DNA of 64,000 bases from Podarcis tiliguerta (GCA_965153285.1 OZ229114.1); one strand, 5' to 3'; shown: positions 37,230-49,853, counted from the first letter of the stretch. Numbers and translations are program-made. Notes: generated from the letters alone by a model not told the origin.

Positions 37230-37930
37230 TGTTGGAAGATTTGGGACAGATAAAAGAAAGTACAGTGGTGCCTCGCAAGACGAAATTAATTCGTTCTGCG
37301 AGTCTCTTCGTCTAGCGGTTTTTTCATCTTGCGAAGCAACCCTATTAGCGGATTAGCGCTATTAGCGGTTTAGCGGCTATTAGCGGCTATTAAAGGCTTA
37401 AGGGATTAGCGGATTAGCTGCTAAAAGGCTATTAGTGGTTTAGTGGCTTAGAAAAAGGGGGTGGGGAGCGAAAAAAAATCTCAAGACTCGCAAGACATTT
37501 TCGTCTTGCGAATCAAGCCCATAGGGAAATTCGTCCTGCGAAGCGCATCGAAAAACGGAAAACCCTTTCGTCTAGCGGGTTTTCCGTCTTGCGAGGCATT
37601 CGTCTTGCGGAGTACCACTGTACTTCACACAGCTATGGAACTCCTCCGACAGGAGGTAGCGGTAGCCACCAAGCTGGATGGCTTCAAAAGAGGATTGAAC
37701 AAATTCATAGAGGACAAAGCTATTGATGGCTACTAGTCATGATGGGTATTCTCTGCCTCCACAGACTGAGGTAGTATTGCTTATGAATAACACTTTCTGG
37801 AAAGCACAGGGAGAGCGCTCTTGTACTCTGGTCCCACTTGTGGGTTTCCTACAGGGATCTGGTTGGTTACTGTGAGAACAAGATGTTGGGCTGTTGGCCT
37901 GATCTAGCAGGATCCTATGTTCTTGCAGTT
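37230..37930 (+). mobile_element. Old CR1 fragment interrupted by a MITE
   Basis: GGGACAGATAAAAGAAAGTA|CTTCACACAG..GGATGGCTTCAAAAGAGGATTGAACAAATTCAT matches a CR1 ORF2 end; split at a TA. Ends are approximate. Confidence 0.7.
37263..37620. mobile_element. Tc1/mariner(pogo)-type MITE family A with internal minisatellite
   Basis: TIRs CAGTGGTGCCTCGCAAGACGAA / TTCGTCTTGCGGAGTACCACTG with TA TSD. Confidence 0.9.
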
Positions 37931-39407
37931 TTTGTTTTTAATAGCATTCTTCTGAACAGTCTAAATCAGGGGTGGTTAGCCTTTTTCAACCCAAGGATGG
38001 CATTCGCCGTTGGCCAAGAAACAGTCTGGGGGCTGTATGCTAGTGGCAGGTGTGACCCCACACTCTTGCACATCCACAAACCACACATATACAAGACCCA
38101 CAGCCCCTCCCTCCATGAGCTGATCCATACAATCAGCTGTAGAGGAAAGGTTATCCCTACTCCCTCAACTGATGAACAATTGGCTGGTTTTAGCTGCTGT
38201 CTGCAATGAGTTATAGTTCTGTTTTTTTAAAAAACCTTTTATGTAATTTTTATTATTTTGAGCAATCCTGGGCTCCCTTGTGGAGAAGAGTAGGTTATAA
38301 ATGTGAATAATAAATAGATGACTAGCTAGGGAGTTCTTTGCATTGCTATCCATCTGATGGGCTGATACCTACTTTAATTACATAATATGTCTAGCTTAGG
38401 TTTATTCCCGTTTTGCCACCACTGGCAAAACTTCTGGGTTCTTGGAGGGAACCATGTTATCTCATGGTTGGTTGGTTGGTTTTTGTTGTTGTTTAAAAAA
38501 ACCATCTCTGAATGTTTAAAGTTAGCATATCAGAGAAAATGGTTTTACCCTAAGCTGCTTTCCCAGTTTTTTGTTCCAGCTTTTCATAACAGTTAAGATT
38601 CAAACACAAAGAGTAGACAAGCATGATAACAGCAACTGCAGTATTAAGCGATATAGTCCAAGATGAACTATTTCTGCATGCCAGAATTTACTTTTTTAAC
38701 ACACTAATTTGATTGCTTCTGTAATTTATTACCTGGCTATCAATGACTAATCAGCATGTCTGGTATGACTTATAAAAAAACCCTATAGTGTAAAGGAAGG
38801 ACTATTCAAAATATGAAGTTAAAAAGATGGAACCTTAGCTTTTGTCTGCTGGAATAGTCAGCAAGAAAGGAAAATCATTATTTTCGGGGAGGGGGATCCT
38901 CTGAGTAGAAGTAAACACCATGCTACTACAAATATTCTATCAGCACAAGCATTTCAGCTTGCCAAACAGAACGAAACACCCCTACATATTGTTCTGGGGG
39001 TTCTCCTGACTCCCGCAAATTTTGCAGGGTGCTGGGGGAAGGACTGAAAGCCCTGTGCACAAGCAAAAGCCCTTGCACAGGGCTTCCACTGATGGGGTTT
39101 GTTAGATAAATCCCACCCTTTTTTGGGGGGGGGGTGTTCCTTCATAGCATGGCATGGATCAAGATAGGCCTTGTCATGTACACAGAGTACTTCCCCTACA
39201 GGCAACTTCCAATGACAGCCCATCACAGATGGCTTCTGTCTAAGTTTAAGAAGACTTTTAAAATGTGACACTACCATGTGGACATCAGTAGCTGCTGTTT
39301 CTGACAAGTAAAATCCAACATGGCATGATTTTATTGCTCGGAGTGGTGTTGAATAGCCAATATTTGGGAATATGGGTGACTGGCTAATATTGTAACACAT
39401 TCTTTAG

Positions 39408-39491
39408 GGTGAGGAGGCAAAAAACATTCCTGGTGAATCTGTTACAGAAGAACAGTTTACTGATGAAGAAGGCAACCTCGTCACCCGAAAA
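39408..39491 (+). CDS. ANK3: Ankyrin-3 muscle-type exon ([28 protein letters not shown])
   Basis: tag|GGT..AAA|gtaatc, 84 nt; [12 protein letters not shown] is the obscurin-binding-type motif of ankyrins. Confidence 0.92.
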
Positions 39492-39628
39492 GTAATCCCA
39501 CCTTGCATTTTCATTCTTTTCTCCCTCTCCCTCTCTCTGTTGACTCTTTTTACATTAGCTTTGTCTATTCAGAGTCGGGTGGAAAAAGTATCGATTTTTG
39601 TGTTTTTTCCCATATTGCTTCCCTACAG

Positions 39629-39688
39629 GTTACCCGGAAAGTGTTAAGGCGTGTTGTTATCCCACATGAGAAAAAACCTGGTGACATG
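39629..39688 (+). CDS. ANK3: Ankyrin-3 muscle-type exon ([20 protein letters not shown])
   Basis: cag|GTT..ATG|gtaacc, 60 nt, phase 0/0. Confidence 0.88.
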
Positions 39689-41935
39689 GTAACCAGCGTG
39701 TGTATGCAGGAATAGCAAATAAGGGCTGTGTTGGTTCTCTAAATGCTAAAGACTGCTTGCAGTTTAACATTAAAGCAATGCAAAGCAAGAGTGCCTGTGC
39801 TTTTGACAAGCTGTGCATTTGAACTCAGAAAAGGCGAGGTCTCACAAATAGTGTGTTGTGTGCTGGCAGGGTTCTTCGGTTTTTCATTCAGTGCCTTCAG
39901 ATTCTTGAGAGAAATGTATTTCATTTTGAAATTCTAGTAGGAAACGTTAGCATTAGGAGTGGTTCTTAATACAGCCATTTGAAATGGCGGAGTCTGAGCC
40001 TGAACACACTTTGCCATTCCCATCTCCTACTACCTCCTCCAGTTTCTTTTACTAGCTTGACAGAGGATGATACAGAGCAAACTGGAGGGGTGGGGACTAA
40101 CTTTGTGGTCTTTTGCTGTAAAAGAGCTTTCTGTGGCACAGGCTGGAATCCTGTGGAAACCTACCTGGGAGAAGTCCCCACCTCCAGTGGACATAGTAGG
40201 GAGTGACTTCCCAGGAAATGTTATGCTAGGATTGCACGGCAGGTAGCTGAGGATGCAAGCATGAAACAAGAACCAGCGATGGGGAGCCCGAAGCCCTCTA
40301 GTTTCTGGACTATAGCTGCCCTCAATCCTGACCACTATCCACAATGCCCGATACTGATGGGAATCGAAAGCGATCAGGGAGGTTTCTTATCCTTGACGTT
40401 TGGATTACAGACTAAAACAATGCCAGATTTGTGGAGGGATTTTGTTTTGGTTTTTTACTTTTTAGCACCAAGCGATTATTCTTCTTCTAAATTTTCCCCT
40501 ATTAAGGTCCAAATTGAAGTCAACTTTTCTAATGATCTTTGAATTCCTATTTTTAAAAAAGGCCCTAGGGAAAGTCTTGATTAATCACCTGGTTTTTTAA
40601 CCAATTAATGAATTACATTTAAGGTAAGTTTGCACAATACCCAGACTTAAGCACTTGTCCTTTTTGAGAAGTTGAAAGAAGATACCATGCTATTTAAGAA
40701 ACAAAAGGTATTGCTTATCCTAAAAAGGGAAGGTTGCTTTCTTTTAAAAAAAGAAAGGCTAAAGCCATTCTCATATACAGCAACACCCCAGAAGCAAAAC
40801 AGCATCAAAAAATAAACAAGTATGCCCTTAATTCACAGACTGCCCCCCCCCATTAAAACTGGCCAGCACAAGTTAATGACCTAACCTAACGGTTTACTTG
40901 GTTACCCTGTCAAAAGCACAACTTTCTTCTAACAAAATGTTTTGATGCTGCCAATCCTTTGCCAGTAGGGCTATGTTCCATCTGCAGGCAAAAGTTGGTT
41001 TGCCAATTTAAAAGGAAAAAATGTGAGAAAAATGTATTTCTACATCAGGAGAATGGAATACTCTCAATGAATTAATTTTTTTAAAAAACAGGGAGAATGA
41101 CAGGCATTAATGAGGAGGAAATGGGATTGTTTAAATATGGTTTTCCTTGTCCAACTGAGTACCAGGTTCAGCATCATGGAACACCATTATGTAGTTAGAC
41201 GGGAGAGTAGGCTGAGACCATCACTTGCATCTCACAATTTTCAGAAAAAGCAACTTGTGAAAATTCTGGTTCTTCTGTATTAGACCTATGCTTTTTAGAG
41301 ACCACATTTTTTCATTAATACCAATGGGCTTTCATTCCTTCAACAGTACTATGCATCTTTGGTTATTGTCTTTCAGTGGCAAAAGACAGGAGATCTGCAC
41401 TGTGTGTCAGCTTTTAGATTTTGTTGCAGATGCGTTTCGCTTTAGCAAATACTTTTACTGACTTTCCTCTTCCCCCCTTTCATTACATTTTCTCCATTAC
41501 TAATTTACTTAAGTTGAAGCTGAGCTGTTATGAACTCTCTTAAGAGCAGTGAGCTTTGTTTCCAAAGGATCTGCTAACTTGGGATGCCCAGAAAGGGGAA
41601 TCTGGCTTTTCAAGAGGGATGAAACATTCAAAGTTCAAAATTGCATTAAGGGAAGTAGACCTGTGATATTTCCTGATCATCACTGAACTGCGGCAGTATC
41701 CCAGTCTAGCATACAATTCATAACATTGTAAGGCTATGTTTCCTGATGGTACTGAAAGCTTGTGTTTTTGCAGCTTAGTAGACTGGCTACAGAGCTGTGG
41801 TTTGTGTGTCTCTGAAGTGCTCAGATTTAATAGCTTCTTACATGTCCCATTCCAGCTGCATGGGACGTGCTAGAAATCAGTTTGATAGAAACCTCGGCAT
41901 CTGATTTCTGAATGTGTACCTTTCCATTAAAACAG

Positions 41936-42001
41936 GGAGAAGGTTATAAGATGAAGACGAAGAAGGAAGTCCGGCATGTGGAGAAGACGACGTATTCATA
42001 A
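41936..42001 (+). CDS. ANK3: Ankyrin-3 last coding segment GEGYKMKTKKEVRHVEKTTYS*
   Basis: cag|GGA; TAA at 41999-42001; matches the ankyrin-G C-terminus; probable donor ATG|gtcagt at 42018. Confidence 0.95.
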   Translation, partial: GEGYKMKTKKEVRHVEKTTYS

Positions 42002-42650
42002 CATACAAACAGCAAATGGTCAGTTTGCTACACAGACATTCTACTCTTAATACTCTGAGCAAAAATGGAGTCTTAGGAAGCAATAAAGAGGCACGCCAGC
42101 AACAATGGCATATGTTAAGAGAGTTTCAGATTCAATACAGGCACAGCCTGGGACAAAAATCTCTACTTAAAAGGCTTGCTGAAAAAGGAAAGTATTTGCT
42201 AGCCAACGGAAATACACTAGAAATGGTGCCTATCTTTTAAATTGTGGGAGTACCAAAAGGGTAGGTGCCACCACAGTAATGGTCTGATTCCTGTATTGTA
42301 TGGAACAGAACTTTTGATCAGATGGTACCTGAAGGAGGCCCTCTCTTGCAGAGCATAGTGATAATTTATGAATAAAAGGAGTGTGATGATCTTTCAGGTA
42401 CCATAACTTTAATGTGATTATGCCAAGTTATCAAATGTTGCACCAGCACACCCCTTTCTAAACAAAGACATGCTTAGGCCAACACCACAAAAACATACAC
42501 TTAAGCCGCTATTGCAAAGATTATGTCATTACTGCTTATGCCAAAGGAATCTTTAGGACTGAAATATTAGGTGCTTTTGAAAGGTAGATTTCTGATATTG
42601 GTACTGTTTTTTTCTTCTTCTTCCCTCACCCCTCTCCCTTCTGTCTGAAG

Positions 42651-44245
42651 ACTGTGTACGCTTTTACTGCCAGTATTCTAGAGAGAAACTCAAGGAAATG
42701 GGGGAAAAAATCAACAGGAATTTTCAAGTCACTGATAAAGCGTGTGTGTGTGTGTGTTTGCTGCTTCCACACATTAACCGCATGGATTTTATGCGACGAA
42801 CAAAACAAATTTAATTTAGCATGAGCCAGTTCTACAAGAGCATGGAAATTCACTTTCATTCACAGCATTGGAGAGTGTGCAATGGAGAACGATGCAGTGT
42901 ATATACAAGATTCCCACACTGGAACAGCTTCGTTGAAGCAATTTGATGTCATCTGAAAAAAGGAATTCCTGTAGGATGAGGGGATGTAACGACACTGAAA
43001 AAACGGTCTAAACCACAGAAAGACACTAAAATTTACTAAAATCCACAACAGCTCGCCTTATTTTTCTTGGACCCAAACTGTCAGGGTAATAAAATACTCT
43101 TTCGTTTTTTTCTCTTTTTTTAAGGAAAAAAATAACTAACATCAATAGTTTCACTGTAAATAAATAACACTGTATAAATTCTAAGGAGAAGTAGAATAAA
43201 TGTTGATAATTCTTAGCTCACAACGGAATATTGCATTCATGTTGAACAGAAATCAGTGTCTCAAACGGCTACACCTGCAGGGGTATTCTGGGTGTATCTT
43301 CACAGATTCTTGTATATTTAGCAATTATAATGTTTGTATATGCAAAACGCTAGCTTGATTTTAAAAAAATCTTTAAAATCTGCTGCAAATTTAATGATTC
43401 CTAAAATGAGGAATTCTGTAGTTCTGTGAAAAAAACATTTTTTTTCTTCAGAGTACTAATATTTTGATGCATGCGATTCACCTTATTTTGATGAAATCTT
43501 TTCCAGTTTTGCAAACACTAGGCCGCAATGTGACAAATAAAACTCTGGGGGGTGCAATCAACCAAGCACAGCTGCTAAGGCCCCTCCCACCCCCCGGGCA
43601 TTTAAATGGGGCTTGCAGTGGGCTCCAGCACAACCGCCACTGAAAACGAAGGCTGGTTACACAGCAGCAGTGCTTGGCGGAGTGTGCCCTTTACCTGTAA
43701 ACACAAAGCCCTTCATCTAATATTTGTTGCTGTTGCCAATTTTTTCAATGGAAACGACCTGAAATTTAAAGAAACCATAACATATACAGTAGTTGCATTA
43801 TAGGGAGGGGGGTGCTATCTGTTCTTGCTTTATACCGGGGGAATATGCTTGCAGCTTTTAGAAGTGGGTTGGTGCTCTTGTCAGCACAAGTTTGGGATAT
43901 TTAAAAAAAAAAAAAGAAATGAAGAGAAATTCTTAGCTAACAGACTGGCAGCACGCTGTAAAAATATTACTGTATTGTGTACTGGCTCTAAGATGTAGAA
44001 TCTTTAAGTAAGCCAATCATCTGTAATCATTCTAGCAGTGTAATATTAGGTTGCTAAGGCTGCTGTGTTTTAAAGGGCATTTTTATTTGGGTTTTTGGTG
44101 AAATACTTTAATTTGTTAATTATCTTCATATGAAAACAGGTTTCATTGATAATAGCTCTAATTAAATATGTATGAAGAAAACACAAACACTGGATGATCT
44201 AGTTGATTATTTAAGCATAAAATAAATTGTGTTAAAACTCTTCAC
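42651..44245 (+). other. ANK3: ANK3 terminal non-coding exon (3'UTR)
   Basis: Pyrimidine tract plus aag acceptor at 42650; AU-rich, repeat-free sequence; ends after AATAAA at 44221 with GT-rich downstream sequence. Confidence 0.75.
44221..44226 (+). terminator. Polyadenylation signal of ANK3 (distal)
   Basis: AATAAA followed about 25 nt later by TATGTATATTGTGGTATTT. Confidence 0.7.
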
Positions 44246-47013
44246 TTATATGTATATTGTGGTATTTATTCATACTCCTGTGGAAATGGTGGGAGTGGCG
44301 CATGTTGAAAATGTGGTTACAAAGAGAGACTGTATGCCCAAGTTTTCCTGCTCCCAAGCGGCATTGCCCTACCTTCTCTTCTCTGGGTCCCTCCCATCTC
44401 TTTGCCTTCATGCCTCCTCTGCCTGCTGCATTATTTCACATCTTCCCTCAAACTCCTGCCACCCCTTCTCTTTCTCTGATATTGGCTTCTTCTCATTTTG
44501 TAAGCCTCCAAGCTTCTCCTGATCCAGCTTCTGTCTCCTTAAGCTCTTCTTCTTCCACACCTTCTTTCCCAGACTTACTGCTTGCATTCCTCCTTGACTT
44601 CATCACCTTCCCTCCATACACTGCTTGCTTCCATGTCATCCCTTTAACTCAGGGTCCCACCCCTGCTTCCCATCTTTCATTCCTGTGCAGTGAATGCTAC
44701 TGGCTACTGATGTCAGGTTGGGCTGCTGATGTCATAGTGGCTCGCCTTATGATGGAACCTGTCTCCTGCCTTCAGTAGCAAAGCAATGAAGAGAAGACAT
44801 GGGCAAACTCCCTTGCAGAAAAGTGGAAGATTATAGTAGCAGATTGAAAATGATGCATGGAGAACATCAACCATCAATTCTTTGTGGAGTGCATTTCACT
44901 AGATGCACTGGAAGAATAGGTATTTTGCCTTTCACTCACATGTGGAACACTTTCAGATACAAGTGGTGTTTTTTGTACCATTTCTAATAAGAACCATTAC
45001 TCCAGGTTATGCACCAGCCATATGTTGGATAGGCAAATAAACAAATGTGCAAATAAAACATCCTCACAGGGCTTCTCTAAGTGCTTGGCTCACAGCTTCA
45101 GCTTCCTCCACTCTGTCCATCATTGTCCTCCTACTTCTGAGGGGAGTGTTGATCCCTTATGTCTTTTAATCAGTGTTCCGATTTTTAGCTCATCCTTGGG
45201 GTACTCCAGAACAGTCATTATGATGATAAATATCCTCATATTATATTGATTTGGAACTTAAAACTCCAGAAGAATAAAAAAAAAAAAATGCTGCACAACT
45301 TTGGGCTTCCAACCAGCAACTTGTAGCTTGCAATCAACACAGATAAGAGTCCGAAAATAGAATAGAAGGCAAATGATCAATGCTCATTTAGTACGACTGA
45401 GCCATTTGCAACTTTTCAGTGACAAAAGGACTATTTTCCACAGCACGTAAGTGTGTAGTACCACCACTGGATTGCAATCATAAATACTTAAATTCTGTTA
45501 ACATAGTAGCATACTGTTATCTCTCTTTAAAAGTATTAATTCTATTCATGGATTAATTCTACTCATGAATATTCATCACTTGTTCTTTAGATTTAATTAG
45601 TACATGAGGACTTAAATAACTGCACGTGTGAACTATCTCTGTTGAAAAGTATTATTTCTGAGCTGAACTACACTAAATATCACTTTAGTTATTTATACAA
45701 TATATAGCATTTGTTTCATCTCCCCACATATAAAAAAATGTCCATTTATTTTTGTAGGTAACTTGGGTGGCAATAGTGCACTAGTCTGGAACTAGTCAAG
45801 ACAGCAGGCATGTAGCAAAATCCTGTCTCCCCCCAGAGAGTTTATGGCTGTGTACACATTACCAGCTTAAGATGCAGCTAGGCCTTTCTTTTTATCAATT
45901 TAGATCAAATATAGTTTGTGGGAAAATGCATCAAAACACAGTATTTCATAGGAAATGACAGGATAGATATAGATTGTAGCTAATGTTGTGTGTACACCTT
46001 CCCAAACTAGCAATGGGAGTTCATTGGATGCAGTGCTTTTCTTCTAGAAAAAAAGGTGCTGGTACTACATACCCTTGAGAACTCCCAGAAAAAAGCACTG
46101 ACTGGATGCAAAGTAAACAAAGAGGGTGTACACAGCATAATACAACAAAGCATACACTGTAACATCAGTGCACTACAAGTCATCATAAAGGGCAGCCCAA
46201 GTGGAATGTGGTGGAGATCACCGCAGCACCCAGAAATTGTGACATGGTTTTCACAGTAGCATACATTACCAGGGCACAGAGGACAAGAAAATGTCAGGAT
46301 GCTATTTTTGGTGGCAGCTAGACATCTCCAAACATGACTAGTTCCAGTCCTGGTCCCTATAGCAAAGAGGGTAATATACCTGCAATGAATCACAGGTTGG
46401 TGGTGGTTGTTTTTTTAAGCTGTATACTAATGCTAATTGGTCATACTTTCTTCAGCATTTCCCCATGTCTGGAGTTCTTTTGCAAGGTGTGTATTTTGTA
46501 CAAAAGTCAAAGAAAGAGCAATCATGAATAGAAAGTGTTGGCCGTTGGCAACAAAAACACTTGGAAAACTAAGAAAATTATCTCCAAGCATCTTGGTGCT
46601 ACAATTGAAAGGTAAATTGCAGCGACTTAAAATTACTCCAGCAATCTCCAAATCTACACTGTACATCTGTAAAGACTGACTGAAGATGCTTTCCTAACAA
46701 GTGCTGAGAGCACTGAGAGTTCTGAGCATTTATGTGGAAATACTTTTATAAAGGCAATCTCTAAATTAATATATGTCTCCACCAGGATTTATTTATTTTT
46801 GCTGGGGGGCATGGAAATTATTATGTTCTACATGTTGCAGCTGTATCTTAGAATCAAAAAGCACCTCAGCCCAGCTTACACTTCAAATGCAAGAAATGCC
46901 CACTTACTAGCTTTCTCCAAACCTGCTTTAAATGTGTCCAGTACACATGGTTTGCGACTTTCCCTTTTAACAAGTGAAATAACATGTTACATATTGCCAG
47001 AGCCATCCAGGTA

Positions 47014-47255
47014 CAGTGGTACCTCGGGTCACATACGCTTCAGGTTACATACGTTTCAGGTTACAGACTCTGCTAACCCAGAAATATTACCTCAGGTTAA
47101 GAACTTTGCTTCAGGATGAGAACAGAAATCGTGCTCCGGCGGCGCGGCAGCAGCAGGAGGCCCCATCAGCTAAAGTGGTGCTTCAGGTTAAGAACAGTTT
47201 CAGATTAAGAACGGACCTCCGGAATGAATTAAGTACTTAACCCGAGGTACCACTG
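47014..47255. mobile_element. Tc1/mariner-type MITE family B
   Basis: TIRs CAGTGGTACCTCGGGT / ACCCGAGGTACCACTG with TA TSD. Confidence 0.9.
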
Positions 47256-48084
47256 TATACAATACAAACACTAGAATCAAACGATTCAAACCATTCCACA
47301 AACTCTCTGCTCAGGAATATAAACTTTCCTGATACTGTGCCAATGTACATCAGCATTCATTATAACAAATTAAAAAATATTACTGGGGGAAATGCCTCCT
47401 AGTCCTTGCATCCCACTCCTGGGACACAGTCAAGAATGCTAGAGAAGGTTCAGGCTTCAGCGGACCTGCCTACGTGCCTTTTATGCTACAATCAACCAGC
47501 ATGCCTAGCCAGATAAAGAACAAGCAACAGCAATGGAGGTTATTCAAGGCCTACAGCACATCCCAGTCATTTGAACGGCAGTGCTAGGATCCTCACAGGT
47601 ATTACAATCAGCCAGAGCAGCAACATCTAAGCTTACCCCTCCAGCAATGAAGAGTTACATACCTTGCTCTTATGTGACACAACAAGGGGAGAAGGCAGAA
47701 GTCTTGCTGACTGTTGGTGTTGCTTCAGCTTCTCTGTAAAAGATATAGGAATCGATATGACTATGACAGTACAATGAGTGGCAGAATTTTGCTCCTGGTG
47801 AAAAAGAAATCTATCATGTCTATCAGAACCTTCATGTATTTCTTTTTTAAAAGCAAGTTTCTATCGCTCCTTGTTGTGGAGGGGGTTCCCTCCCTTTGGG
47901 GGAGAGGGTTATTATGCTTTAAACAGTTACATGGCAGGCAGAAATTCAGCAGGTGAATGGTTTTTCATGTCTGCAACTTTATGGTGAGAAGCAGACCCTG
48001 CTAGATTTCCACCTATTGTGTAACAGTTGAAAATACAGGCACCTTGCAAGAAAGAAAAAGGGGCTTCATAATAAAGAGAAAATA

Positions 48085-48560
48085 CTTTTTTCTATTTTTT
48101 GATTTTATTGTTTTATTCACATAATGTACATTCTTTACAACAGACAACTCCAAAATAAAATCATATATAGCAAAACCATAAGTCTCATGTTTTCATTTAC
48201 ACTGATCTCTTCTCCGATACCTTTACTTGATATTTCTTGCTACTTTCTGCTTTCCTTATTTTAATTCCTTATTTTAAGTCTCTTAAATCCTATGCCAATC
48301 TTTAACAATTTCAATTAATGCCTGCACCTCCCTCTCCCACAACCCAGTACTTCCTTCCACCCGTGTGTGATCTTCTTTGCCTACTATTATTTTTGTTATT
48401 GTTGCATTACTCACTTTATTTGTTATTCCATCCTTAGTATATTATCCTATCTCCTTGCACCTTTTAAACTTTTGCATATTAATTTTAAAGCTCTGGCCAT
48501 TTTCATGTATTCCTTAACACATTCCCACTCTTTATTAATTTTTTGATTAGAGTAGACTCT
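48085..48560 (-). mobile_element. Degenerate L1-like 3' end
   Basis: T-rich left end is a reversed A-rich tail; minus-strand remnant EWECVKEYMKMAR. Confidence 0.4.
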
Positions 48561-48625
48561 GATTGATGCAAGTATCTTCTTGTAAGGCACTCAACAGCAC
48601 AATCCTAAGCATGTTTACTCAGAAG

Positions 48626-48763
48626 CAGTGCTTTTTTTCCTCGGGGGATGCATACCCCTAAACATTTTGTGAATCTAAGTTTGGCCTTATTGAGGGCCAG
48701 TATTTCAATATGAGTAGGAAAATGAGAGCACCGCTAAACATTTTCTTAGGGGGAAAAACACTT
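48626..48763. mobile_element. Small TIR element (MITE) inserted in a palindromic repeat
   Basis: CAGTGCTTTTTTTCC ... GGAAAAACACTT imperfect TIRs. Confidence 0.6.
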
Positions 48764-49255
48764 AGGAACTTAAGTCCTATTAAGTTCAGCGGGGCTGATT
48801 CCTAGGACAGTAGGTATAGCATTGCAGCCCACATCTTCCTCTCAAGTTCCACTGCAGGGCAAAATGCAGGCTACGGTTTCCATATCTCAGGTAACAGGCC
48901 ACAATTTCCTCCAAACCACTTAAGAGCATAGCTTCCAAATGCTGCTGACATTTTGGTTCCTATTTTTCTGCCTTCTTTAAATTCATTCATTGAGGAGCAA
49001 GCTTATTGATGCAGCATGTATTTTTCCTGAGTCATTTGAATACTGAAAATTGAAAATGCTAGCATTTACAAGGAAAATGGGGCCTGCTGTCTGCTTTCCC
49101 AAAACCATAATGCCATCTGTAGTGTACTCTTTACAGCTATTTAACTGCAAGTCAGAGGGGAAAGGGGGGGGGTGTCTTTCAGTGATTGGAGCAGAGACTC
49201 TTAAGGAGAAAAAGGCATTTAAAAAGCTTCTTAAATGAGTCTATAATGCAAATGT

Positions 49256-49447
49256 TGGGAAAGATGGAGGGCACAAGGAGAAGGGGACGACAGAGGATGA
49301 GATGGTTAGACAGTGTTCTCGAAGCTACAAACATGAACCTGACCAAACTGCGGGTGGCAGTGGAAGACAGGAGTGCCTGGCGTGCTCTGGTCCATGGGGT
49401 CACGAAGAGTCGGACACGACTGAACGACTAAACAACAACACAACAAC
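49256..49447 (+). mobile_element. BovB/RTE LINE 3' end
   Basis: GKMEGTRRRGRQRMRWLD...WRALVHGVTKSRTRLND, (CAA)n tail, TSD AATGCAAATGT at 49245-49255 and 49448-49458. Confidence 0.9.
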
Positions 49448-49683
49448 AATGCAAATGTAAAACCTACTGTAGCTGCCATATACATTCCAAGTTCTCTTCT
49501 TTATTATCTCCTGCAGTATCAAAATTCACATGTGGCAAGGACAGAGGCTCCAAGCTGATTATAGATGCATGTGTGGAAATACTCGTAAGTTAGACTGCCC
49601 TCCAGATTTAACCTACTGCCCTCCAGATGTTGAACTACATCATTCCTCACAACTGGTCATGCTGAATGAGGTTTCTGAAAGTT

Positions 49684-49853
49684 GGCTGAGAACACTCAAT
49701 ACATTTAAAACATGTTCCCCACCACCACAAAGAATCATGGGAACTGCGGGCTGTTTAGTGCTGAGGACTGTAGCTCTATGAGAAGTAAACTACAGCTCCC
49801 ACGATTCATTTGGGCAGGGGGATGTGCTTGAAATGCATGGGGTCTCGGCAGCC
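49684..49853. mobile_element. Degenerate palindromic MITE
   Basis: GGCTGAGAACAC...GTCTCGGCAGCC ends with internal inverted GAATCATGGGAACTG / CAGCTCCCACGATTC. Confidence 0.55.

Noticed and set aside
37342-37450. Possible interstitial telomeric repeat or CRISPR-like array
   Set aside because: Units are TTAGCGG variants inside a MITE, not TTAGGG; there are no unique spacers and the context is eukaryotic.
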